Source: a virus
IMG/VR virus record: IMGVR_UViG_3300032213_003144
Location: 106,426 to 170,425 of that record
Direction: 5' to 3' (one strand)
Length of the DNA: 64,000 nt
Made by a program: the position numbers and the translations under genes. The number at the start of each line of letters is the position of its first letter. The first letter of the stretch is position 1. The notes beneath the pieces were generated by a model. The model was given only the letters and a program-made list of their open reading frames with translations, did not search any database and was not told where the DNA came from. Shown here piece after piece: positions 44,032-54,600 of the stretch.

Positions 44032-44664
44032 CTAAAATTCCTGAAGAAGAAACCCAAACCTGGATATTTCATCCCTTATTTCATTGTATTGAGACATTGG
44101 TATCGATGAATCAAACTTTTCATCCATGGTCTTTCTGAGCATCACCGGATAAAGCGCATGTCTGGTGTGATTCTCGCCATTCTCTGGATAAATGAGAATT
44201 TCGTCCCAGTTGACCGTTTTTCCAAGATTCACTGTATACGGAGCCGCCAACATGGCAACAGGCATTATCTCCCCATCATCCGTCGTGCTTACGTGGGTGA
44301 TTGTTAGGCATTCCTTAACGGGCATGTCTGGGTCAAGAAACGCATCAGCAAGCTCAATACCTTTTGTCTTTTCCGAACTAGAAGAACAGTACCCTTCGGC
44401 AACCATGGTTATTCCGGTTACTCCCCAGTATTTTCTCAACATTAAACAAAGTTTTTTGCATTTAGTAAATCTTTTAGCGTGTGGCTCTTTTGATATCTCT
44501 GATTTCATTTGGGCTATTATCATTAGGCTTGGGCCAACCCAGCCTATGAAGTGAGTGGCTATATCTTCGCCAATACCGTGCTCTTTTACGGCGGTATCTT
44601 TTGCCAGTTGGGCCGACGTCAGGGCAAGAGCACACTTGCCAAAATCGTCAATATAATCGTCCAC
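44032..44664 (-). CDS. Hypothetical protein
   Basis: 210-aa ORF. Confidence 0.65.
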   Translation of the reverse strand: MDDYIDDFGKCALALTSAQLAKDTAVKEHGIGEDIATHFIGWVGPSLMIIAQMKSEISKEPHAKRFTKCKKLCLMLRKYWGVTGITMVAEGYCSSSSEKTKGIELADAFLDPDMPVKECLTITHVSTTDDGEIMPVAMLAAPYTVNLGKTVNWDEILIYPENGENHTRHALYPVMLRKTMDEKFDSSIPMSQYNEIRDEISRFGFLLQEF

Positions 44665-44746
44665 CGTGAGATATTAAGGGAAAATCTCCACCCCCAGGGG
44701 AAGCCCCATCCCCTACGACCCAAATCCATCGACTAGAGTCTTCTTT

Positions 44747-45040
44747 ATGGCAAACAACAGCAACCCCAAGAAAACAGCTAATAAAAAGAGTCCTGCGAAA
44801 AAAGCAGCCGCTAAAAAAGCACCTGCAAAAAAGGCAGCACCGAAAAAGTCAACTGCGGCAAAGAAGACCGAAATCAAGGTTGGCGATTCGACGGTGTCTT
44901 TCGTGAATGCAGAAAAGTTCGTTAATCACGTACTTGACGATGTTGCATCAAAGTCAACTTTTGTAAATTTAAAGATTGATGAGAACGTTCAAAAGCAGAA
45001 GCGCTCACTTAGAAGATTCTTCAAGAAGCTCTTCAAGTAA
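44747..45040 (+). CDS. Lys/Ala-rich histone-like protein
   Basis: PAKKAAAKKAPAKKAAPKK repeats resembling actinobacterial HU/H1-like tails. Confidence 0.65.
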   Translation: MANNSNPKKTANKKSPAKKAAAKKAPAKKAAPKKSTAAKKTEIKVGDSTVSFVNAEKFVNHVLDDVASKSTFVNLKIDENVQKQKRSLRRFFKKLFK

Positions 45041-45058
45041 AAACACATCTGGACGGTC

Positions 45059-45466
45059 ATGACAACTGACCACAGAAAAGCTCCAAGAAGACAAATTCTA
45101 AATGTCACCAAGAGTGGCAGCTGGGGAAACGTCGCGTATCATCACGAACTATCCTGTGGACATACAGAGATTCGTAAACGTGCGGCGACCGGGGACATTG
45201 CATGCGCTTGGTGTTTTCGTGCCAAACAGCGTGATGTCGAAATGAAATCACTTGTTCGCGGCCCTATCTTACTCATAGATGAACCCGACTTGGGCTTAGA
45301 AGAGATGAAGATAGATAAGACAAGAGCAACCCTGTCATCCCGATTTGGGATTCCGCTTGATGCTGTTGATGTCATGGCTGAAGATATAAATGGGAAACTA
45401 GTAATTAGAAATGCTGTTATTTATCTTTCTGCTTTGGATGTTGAAAAGCTGACACGCAATAAGTAG
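45059..45466 (+). CDS. Hypothetical protein (Zn-ribbon-like)
   Basis: LSCGH...CAWC. Confidence 0.65.
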   Translation: MTTDHRKAPRRQILNVTKSGSWGNVAYHHELSCGHTEIRKRAATGDIACAWCFRAKQRDVEMKSLVRGPILLIDEPDLGLEEMKIDKTRATLSSRFGIPLDAVDVMAEDINGKLVIRNAVIYLSALDVEKLTRNK

Positions 45467-45502
45467 GATGTCGTCCTTACCACTTGACTAAACGGGGGAT
45501 AC

Positions 45503-45835
45503 ATGAATAGCTCTGAAGTATCGGCTAAACCACCAAAGAACGGCAAGTGTCTCGGCTATGACCCAAATATTTTTTTCCCGTTTGCGGAAAAATCCGGAGA
45601 CTCCTATTCGCGGAGTTATGTAAGAGGAAGAGAAAATACGATTCTCGCAAAATCAATATGCAAAGAATGCCTCGTTTCGGAAGAGTGTCTTCAGTACTCA
45701 TTGCTTCACGAACCGCACGGAATCTGGGGTGGCAAAACGGAACGAGAAAGAAAGACTCTGAGAAGAAGACTTGGTGTGTCGCTAGTACCGAAAGAGCCAA
45801 TAAATATTTTGCTCGGATTTAAGTTCGGGGGCTAG
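45503..45835 (+). CDS. whiB: WhiB-family transcription factor
   Basis: C...FFP...AKSICKECLV..EC...HGIWGGKTERER. Confidence 0.93.
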   Translation: MNSSEVSAKPPKNGKCLGYDPNIFFPFAEKSGDSYSRSYVRGRENTILAKSICKECLVSEECLQYSLLHEPHGIWGGKTERERKTLRRRLGVSLVPKEPINILLGFKFGG

Positions 45836-45844
45836 GTTACAGAA

Positions 45845-47641
45845 ATGGCACAAAACCCATCAGAACAAACCTCCAACTTCCTAAACAGGCTTAGTGGAGT
45901 GCGTCAAACAGGTAACGGCTGGCAAGCAAGATGTCCGTGCAGAGAGGACGACAATAATCCGTCACTCGCTATCGGTCAGGGCGTAGACGGAAGAACGCTT
46001 GTTACTTGCCATCGCGCAATGTCTTGCGATGTAGAAAAGATTTGTAGCTCGGTTGGTTTGAAAGTTTCTGACCTGATGCCCCCAGATGGAAATTTTGTTC
46101 CGTCAAAGGATGTTTTCAAGCCAGTCAAGCAGAGCCCTGTAAAAAGCACGCAGGTTAATTCACCAAGTGCCAGCAAGCCAAAGTTCGTAAAAGCTTACGA
46201 TTACACCGATGAGCATGGTGTTTTGTTGTTTCAAAAAATGCGTCTAGTTGATGATGAAGGAAAGAAAACCTTTAGACAAAGAAAACCAGATGGCTCTGGA
46301 GGTTGGGTTTATTCGCTAGGCGAAACTCCCAAGGTTCTTTACAATCTCCCAGCTGTTCTTGAAGCGAAATCAAAGAATATTCCGATATGGCTTGTCGAGG
46401 GAGAAAAGGATGCCGACACGCTCATTGATATGGGTATTGTCGCTACAACTATGCCTGGTGGTGCGGGAAAGTGGTTGGATATTCACACCGAAGCCCTTGC
46501 TGGCGGGATAATCGAGATTGTTGCCGACAACGACGAAATAGGCAAGAAACACGCAGTTGATGTTTTCAATGAATTACAGTCAGCCGGATGTGACTCGCAA
46601 TTATGGATTTGCCCATCAACCAAGGACATAACGGACCACCTTGGTTCTGGAGAAAAGATTGAGGACTTAATTCCACTCGATGCGTCGCAGCAGATTGAGC
46701 AGATTCAAATACCAGAAAAAGAAATTGAAGAGTTATCAGCAGAAGAATTAACTCTCATAAAGCTCAACGAACTCCTCAACAGAGACGACCTTACCGCAAA
46801 ACAAAAGATTGCAAAAAGCAATCTAATAGTCGCATCATCCACAGTTGGGCATGTACTAGATACAGGAAGACTTGTTCAATGGAATGATTTTCTTGCAGAA
46901 TCAACAAACGAAACACATGACTGGGTAATACCAGGACTGGTTGAGCGCATGGAGCGAGTGATTGTTGTTGCTGCCGAGGGCGTTGGAAAAACAATGCTTG
47001 CACGACAGATAGCAATTTGTTGCTCTGCGGGAATTCATCCTTTCTCCTTTCAGAGAATGCCACAAGTCAGAACCTTGACAGTCGACCTTGAAAACCCAGA
47101 AAGAATTATCAGAAGAACGTCGAGACAGATTGCCGCAGAAGCAATGAGTCTTTCAAAAATTGAAAAATTAGAAGCATATATTTTGACAAAGCCATCGGGA
47201 ATGGACTTACTAAAAGCTCAAGACAGGTCGATACTTGAAGAGGCGATTGAAGAAGTACAACCGCAGATGCTCGTGATTGGACCGCTCTACAAAGCCTTCC
47301 TTGACCCAGGTGGAAGAACTTCTGAATCGGTAGCTCTAGAGGTAGCGAAATATTTGGACACAATCAGGACTGTGTATAATTGTTCATTATGGATTGAGCA
47401 TCACGCTCCACTTGGCTCGACAATGTCTACAAGAGACCTACGCCCATTTGGTTCTGCTGTTTGGTCGAGGTGGCCAGAGTTCGGTATCTCTTTACAACCG
47501 GACCCAACGGCTCTGGGCGATTATGTTTATGACGTTAAACACTTTAGAGGAGCGCGAGAAGAACGCCCGTGGCCACTAAAGATGAAGCGTGGGAAGAGAT
47601 TCCCGTTTGAAGTTATAGATTGGATGAAAGTTGGGCCATGA
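45845..47641 (+). CDS. Primase-helicase (Zn finger, TOPRIM, RepA/AAA_25-like)
   Basis: WQARCP..DNNPSL, LVEGEKDAD, VADND, Walker A AAEGVGKT, VDLEN, IEHH, RPFGS. Confidence 0.9.
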   Translation: MAQNPSEQTSNFLNRLSGVRQTGNGWQARCPCREDDNNPSLAIGQGVDGRTLVTCHRAMSCDVEKICSSVGLKVSDLMPPDGNFVPSKDVFKPVKQSPVKSTQVNSPSASKPKFVKAYDYTDEHGVLLFQKMRLVDDEGKKTFRQRKPDGSGGWVYSLGETPKVLYNLPAVLEAKSKNIPIWLVEGEKDADTLIDMGIVATTMPGGAGKWLDIHTEALAGGIIEIVADNDEIGKKHAVDVFNELQSAGCDSQLWICPSTKDITDHLGSGEKIEDLIPLDASQQIEQIQIPEKEIEELSAEELTLIKLNELLNRDDLTAKQKIAKSNLIVASSTVGHVLDTGRLVQWNDFLAESTNETHDWVIPGLVERMERVIVVAAEGVGKTMLARQIAICCSAGIHPFSFQRMPQVRTLTVDLENPERIIRRTSRQIAAEAMSLSKIEKLEAYILTKPSGMDLLKAQDRSILEEAIEEVQPQMLVIGPLYKAFLDPGGRTSESVALEVAKYLDTIRTVYNCSLWIEHHAPLGSTMSTRDLRPFGSAVWSRWPEFGISLQPDPTALGDYVYDVKHFRGAREERPWPLKMKRGKRFPFEVIDWMKVGP

Positions 47642-48294
47642 GCGAAGACAAGTCTAAGCCAATAACAACTAGGGAGTTTTTGAGCGAACGTGATATGCGC
47701 ATATTCAAAATGCGTCAAGCCGGAACCTCAATAAATGAGATAGCCAGAAGATTCGGAATATCAAATAGCGTCGTTGCGAAAGCAATTCAGCGACAGCTAG
47801 AAAAGATGAACAAGGAAGCGGTTCTTGCTTACCCTGAGGTATTGCGAATGGAGCTTGAGCGACTGGATAATCTTCAGCAAGCAATCTGGCCTATGACTCA
47901 ACACAGAAGACAGGTGATGGATGATGGCTCAGAGCAGTCAATAGAGCCAGACATGAAGGCTATTCAACAGGTTTTGTCAATCATGGATAGAAGAACGAAG
48001 TTGCTAGGTATGGAAAGCACCAATATCAATGTTCAGATGGATGTTAATGGCTCACAGAACGTGCGGGCCACGATTGCTGGACAGGAAGGCGTAACAAGGC
48101 CGGCAATAGGTTTCGACCCTGAATCCGAGGCAAAGAAGCTGCTTGAGTTGATGGCCATATCGGGAGTTCTTCCAGCCGACACAATAAAAGCCCTGATGGG
48201 TCCTAGCGAATCTGACATAATAGACGCAGAAATAGTCCCAATAGAAATAGATGATAGTGTTGACGAATCGGAAGAGGAAGATGATGTCATCTGA
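47638..48294 (+). CDS. HTH protein, possible terminase small subunit
   Basis: MRQAGTSINEIARRFG HTH; ELERLD...IMDRRTKLLG. Confidence 0.55.
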   Translation: MSEDKSKPITTREFLSERDMRIFKMRQAGTSINEIARRFGISNSVVAKAIQRQLEKMNKEAVLAYPEVLRMELERLDNLQQAIWPMTQHRRQVMDDGSEQSIEPDMKAIQQVLSIMDRRTKLLGMESTNINVQMDVNGSQNVRATIAGQEGVTRPAIGFDPESEAKKLLELMAISGVLPADTIKALMGPSESDIIDAEIVPIEIDDSVDESEEEDDVI

Positions 48295-48625
48295 AAATAA
48301 TAGTCAAATGAATAATGGTGTTGTCCATTCAAACATCGGTCCCGCAATGGATAAATTGGCAGAAACAATGGATATGACCATTCAACCAATAGAAAAAGAC
48401 GATGACGGTCCAGCTCAGGTTCAGCAATTAATCAGATGCACCGATACCGACAGGGACAGATGGAGACAGGCGTCTGCGCTATCCAATATGACTGTTTCTG
48501 CATGGATTAGACAAACACTTAACACCGAGGCAAAAACTCTCCTTGAGTGTGAACACCCATTGAACGAAATGTTGTTGTACCCGTGGGCAAAAATATGCAA
48601 AAAATGCAATACTAGAATATTGTAG
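48284..48625 (+). CDS. Hypothetical protein (RHH-like plus Zn ribbon)
   Basis: RWRQAS..TVSAWIR; CEH..CKKC. Confidence 0.55.
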   Translation: MSSENNSQMNNGVVHSNIGPAMDKLAETMDMTIQPIEKDDDGPAQVQQLIRCTDTDRDRWRQASALSNMTVSAWIRQTLNTEAKTLLECEHPLNEMLLYPWAKICKKCNTRIL

Positions 48626-48682
48626 TTTTAGCTAATTATAAACTCCTGGCCTTTTGGGCATAGTGGTATCATTGCAAGCGAA

Positions 48683-51600
48683 ATGTCTTCGCAAAATAAT
48701 GAGTTTGAGATTCCCTTTAGCCAGTCACGCCGTGGCAAAAAAGAGGAAATTAACGTTAAGGCAATAGGCCGGCGAATTGGCTCATCGGCAGCAAGCAGAC
48801 TCGTTGACCGACCGAATATAGGTGGTAGAAGAAGGCGCGGAACTCGTGGACTTGGCATCCCAGATGGAGACCTGAATCCCCGCACTAGAGTTGATGTCGA
48901 CGGAGATGGAACAATCTTCGATGGGTGGCCTGGCTGGGAGCAACCAGACCCAACCCCATCATCGATGCCTAATGCTCCAAAATTATCTCTATCTAGTGGA
49001 GAAAAAGATAAAAAACCATCTTTCCCACGCAAACCTACATATGGCCCATTCATTGGAAGTGCTGAAGACAGATTTGGCAAAGCAAAAACATGGGAAGAGT
49101 TTAAAGAAATTTACGACGACACCGAAATAAACTTCTTTGACTACGAAACAACTGGTCTTGTATTTGACGAATTCAGAGAGCCGTCGGCCAATGGTCAGCC
49201 AGTTCAGTTTGGCGTTGTGAGAATGAAGGGCGATAAGGAAATAGCTCGCTTGAATCTGTTTATGAACCCAAAAGAGCCGCTTGGCGAATGGTCGGCAAGA
49301 GAATTAAAAGATAGAGACGGAAACCAGCTAACAGACGAATGGCTATCCAGACAGATGTCCATGGCCGAAGCTCACAGGGCACTCGTTGAATTCGCTGGAG
49401 AAGATGCAATATTTGGTGTGCAGAATGCTGCGTTTGACAAAGACGTTCTAGAACAGACGCTTAGCGATGCCGGAATTGAATGGCGTCCCGGTGGATACCT
49501 AGATACAAAAGACATAGCAGACATGACTCTTCCTAAATGGTCTGAAGAAAATCAGGATGGGCCGTTCGTCATTGACTCTGAAGGAAACAAAAAACCATCA
49601 AATGGCCTTGCAGCAATAACCAAATACCTAGAGGTTGAGCTAGGGGAAAAACACCACACTGCAGATGCTGATGCACAGGCTACCGGCCTAGTGATGTCGG
49701 CGATAATAAATGGTGCCATTGAGAGAGACTGGCCGACAAATCTTCTTGATTCAGAAAAAAGAAAAACAAAACTGCAGAAAGATAATGAAAAATTTGATGC
49801 AGAAATAAAAAAATTTAGAGCAGCAAAAGAAGAATTTATTAAAGCTGCAAAGCAAAACGAACAGCCAAGCTTGTCGTCTGGTTCAAAAGAGCGCCCAATA
49901 ATAAAACTAGAAAACGACAAAAAGCGCCCAGTGATATCGTTCCAGAAAGATGAACGAGAATTGCTAAAAAAACATCGTTCAACAAAATACAAATATGGCG
50001 ACAAGAGTGCACTTGGTGGAGAAATTAAGTCTACTAAAACCAACTGGCTAAAGGGTTTGTCAAGTGAGCAAATTTCAGAACTCATAGTTCCCAGTTCGCA
50101 AGAAGAGCACTACAGAATGTGGGTTGACGATATAGCCCCAGGCGCATATGAGACACCGTCAATCAATGAGGCATTCAGGAAATATTATGACGAGATGATG
50201 GCAGGAAATCCATGGGATGAGGTTGACTATTCTCCGGACAACGTCCAGGCTTCACGGGATGCAGTAAAAGCACTGCTTGACTCATCACCAGCCGTTAAAT
50301 GGGCCTTTGAAAACCATGGGGCTCCATCCATTGGTGTGATGTCAGCAAAAGGAATTGAAACCTACGAAGCAATACCATCTGTAAGTCAAAAATTGACCGC
50401 GCTGCAGAATGAAAGATTTTTAGCTAAAAAACCATTTGTCAGGGCAAGACTTTCTCCTGGAACCAATTTGCTGATATTTAACAAGCGTGCCCTCATTGAT
50501 AGAGAGGGCTCGATTCCCGGGGAAGAGACTCCGCTCCTATGGTCAGACGCGCATATGCCACTAATAACCGATGCGCATATAGATAAATCAATCACTGGAA
50601 CGATTGTTCATGAATGGGGACACTGGCTTGTTTTTAGAGCAGTAAAAGACACAGAGCAGATAAAAAGGAATAGAACCAACTTCTTCGGCTCGGGGGACCT
50701 TAACGACGATAATTACATCAAAGCCCTCGCCCTATCTGAGTACTATTCAAAAACAGAAAAAAACAATGGACTTATGGATTTATGGAATAAAAAAGTTCCC
50801 ATAGAAGACTCCAGAGAGGTTCCGCGTGTTCTGACTTCATATGGTCACGTAAACGAGGCAGAAACATTCGCCGAAGGTGTAGTTGCATACTTTCATCCAA
50901 ATCCAGAAGTAAGAAAAAATGCAATAAATGAAAAGTTGCGCAACGATATTGAGACATTCCTGGGAGATGGGGACGGAAAGAAACCGTGGGACGATAATGA
51001 ATCCATAGAGCTTGCTATATCCTCTGGGCGGACATCTAAGCAGCGTTTGGAGAAGAGAGAAGCCAATTCAACCTCATCGGAACAGGCATTTTCGTCAATG
51101 CCAGAGGATGACAGGGAATTGGCCCGACTTGACTACTTCTTGTCACTCTCTTCTGGCGCAATAATTCCCGAATCCGGCTCGCGCAAACTAGAAATAATAA
51201 ACGATTTTGATGATAGAAAGAACGACAATTTTGCGACTCCGATACGCGTTGTGAGCTTTAAGGACAGTAACGGGAAAGATGTTGAGTACACGATATTTGC
51301 CACTGGGAAATTTGGCGACAGCGTTTACGTTTTTGAAAAGACAAAACTAGATAAATACGTATCAGAAAAAGAAGAAATGATTTCTCTCGCCAATGGGGTT
51401 CCATTTGAGGAGGTTGGCATATCCGTCATAAGTACAATGACAGACGAAAGAGAAATACGAGATAAAAAAAATGGCCTAGTTGGCGTAATGTCTGTCATGC
51501 CTCCGTCGGGTGACGGAGAAACATCCGTAGTACACGAAATTGCAATCGACGACAAACATAAAAGAAGAGGACTCGCCTCTGCTCTGTTTAAATACCACAG

Positions 51601-54600
51601 AGACTCATGGCCGGACCAAGACCTGCATCACAGCTCGGCACTTTCTGATGATGGGAGAGCGTTTGCTGCGGCTACCCCGTTTGACGGAACGTCCAATCCT
51701 CCAGTCGGAAATCTTCAAAACGATTTAACCAATTTCGTAAGAGGTTTGATGGAAGTGCTTCCTGACGATGAAAACGATAACGACATATCACTCTCCTCTG
51801 GGGCGAAGTATTCAGAAATTGTGAAGAGGCAGCCAAATCCTTCACGTGAGCAAATTGATTCTTCTAGAAACTTTAAGGATTTCGTTCAACTTGACGAACT
51901 AAGAAAAGAAGACGTATGGGCGACCACCGGCGTTGATGATTTCGGTGATGACATAACGGAAATGGTGGACTCAGAAGATAGGGCCAACATAAAGAAAGAT
52001 ATCAAGCAGTCAATTGAAACGTTGTTCTCTTACGAGATTGAGCTTGACGACAGTATTGTTGTAACGTCCAATTCTGGAGAAAAAATCAATCTCGGAAACA
52101 GGATAAAAATTACAGCTGTTGTTGAAGACGTTCAGGTCTCTGCTCTAGAAGAAAAAGATATCTCCGAACAGATTAACGAGATAGGGCACATGCTTATCGG
52201 AGAAGATAAGAAGCCGCTCACAAGGGTGGATGTAAAATTCAAGATATCCCCAGCCGATTCCGCGGCTACGGAAAAACTGCTCGCCTTAGGTGTGCCGGAG
52301 AGTCTTATCGATATCGACAATCCAAAAACAGACATTGAGCTTGGGCGCGCTCATAGAGCGATATTTACGGACGGCAGCAAGACGATAGTGTCCCATGAGT
52401 CAATATTCATTAGTAATAGCGCTCGCGGTAACGGTTTGGCTAGTGTATTTAATGCCAGAAATGAGTCGCTATATAGAGAGATTGATGCCGATTCAATAAT
52501 AACCCAAGGCATGTCCTCATCGTCTTCAGACCAAATCGGCGCTACCCATTGGGCCAGAAATGGTTTTACTATCCTCGGCGAGCCATCGAAGCAGAGATTC
52601 ATTGGCGTAATCGATGATGCCATAACCAACAAACCAGGGTCATTCTCTGAAGAGGAGAGGAAGAGAATATCCTCGCTATACAAAAAAGATAAAAAGACTG
52701 GGAAATTCACCTCTTCTGCAACCCCAGAAGAACTAATTGACTTCAGCGAAGCAGACGAAGTGTTTGGCCTCTCCAACAACGGTGATGGAGAAGCAATATT
52801 TTTCACTCGCGAAGTCTCAAAGCCAAGCGGAATCAATAAGGCAATGAACAGAATGAGGAGAAGGGTTGGTTCGGAAAGAACTGAATCGATTTCTCCGTCG
52901 CTTTCTTCTGGGGCTTTTGATTACCGCGGGCTCCATGGGGCTCCAGGTCGTGGCTCTGGAGCACCACTGCACGACCTGATATCCCCAGACTATTCGGTAT
53001 ACCCGGAAGACGTATATTCATCAAACGCTATTAAATACTACGGGGTTGGAGACGATAACCTTGATGCATCAGCATTCAACTTGATTAGAAGCTTTAAGGG
53101 TAAGCCAAACGCAGAGGTCACTATATATAGGGCTGTGCCTACTTCTCCTGAGACGAGAATTTCTCGTTTGGAAAAAGAAAAAGCTCACATAATGAAGTAT
53201 GGAAAAGTACCAAAGAGCGCCGTAACCAATCTAGGACCAAGCGAGTACTACGAAAAAATTAGCAATGAAATAGATGAGTTGAAAAACAACCCAGAAGTCA
53301 GGTCTTCCGTTTCTTCTGGGGACTGGGTTACCCCATTTAGACAATATGCAGTAATGCATGGAGATGGTGCTCTTCGTGGAGATTATGAAATAGTAAAGAA
53401 GCGTGTAAAAGCAAAGAATGTCTATACGGACGGAAATTCATGGCTTGAGTGGGGCTATGACGATAGTAAGGGTTCGTTGTCTTTGTCGTCTGGGGAGCAA
53501 CCTAAAATAAACCTATCAGATGATGAAAAAAGAGAGATAATACGTCTCGCATCTCAAAGGACGGATAGTTTCTCGCGTAGTGTTGTCGCTCAATACCACA
53601 GAAACAACGGAAGACTATCGAACAAGCAGTGGGCTTCGTTAAATCGAATGACATCCAGGGGCGCTCTTGGTCTTGGTTCTGGAATGGTGAGCGATGGGGA
53701 AATACTAACTAGGGTTGCCAAGTCTTTTGAGAGGGCATCACTTCCAGATGAGCCATCAACGCCAATAGACCAGAGACTTATTTCAAAAATGGTTTCTGGA
53801 CTAAAGAAAAAAGATGGAACACCGGTGTCAATTAACGACTTCCTTGGTTTCTTGTCAAAAATAGCTGACATAAATGACGACAGACTGGGTAACCACCCAG
53901 GTTTCAATGATTTGGAAGAAACAATCTTACCGATTGAATCACTTGCAGATATTTTTAAAGAACTTGGTCACTCAAGAATCGATGTACCCGGCTCAAGGAC
54001 AAAGAAGATACTCGGACCAGTGGTCAGAGAAATGGTCGACCTTGTTGGTGACGATGAATTTTTGGAGGATGCAAGACAATACGCGCTCCCACCACTGGAG
54101 GTGTGGGCCCGAGCAGCAGCAAAGTCGATTTTACAAATGCAAGAATTTACAAAAGACGTTGGTGAGCCGCGGCGTGAGTTTATGAAGCGCGAATTTAGTA
54201 TTGAGTCACTTGATGGGGTTAATTCCTTTGTGCTTAGAGATATTGGTGGAGAAATCATCATGTCTGGACCAGTTTCTGATATGCAGCAACGGGATAGGCA
54301 CGAATTCCAATATTCAAACTTGAATTCAATAATGTTCAGCTACCACCAGCAAACTCCAGGCATTCCTTTTATGACGATGGTTAAGCGCCATTTGTATCCA
54401 GACGACCCATTGGCTGAGGTTCTTGCTGACAGAAGGGTTATGTCGGCAAATAATGATGCCGCAATGGGTGGAAGAAATATGGCGGAGAGTCTAGAAAACG
54501 CCATCTTGACCCCTCTGGATGTTTACAAGTTCTCTGACTCTCCATCAGGAAGAAGAGTAAGGGAAATGTTTGAAAGGGCATATACCGACGTTGCTCACTA

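Noticed and set aside
53303-53320. SSVSSG as a linker copy
   Set aside because: It lies inside the ART-like domain at the position of the GDWVT motif, so it was not counted; VLSSG at 8852 was also left out as weak
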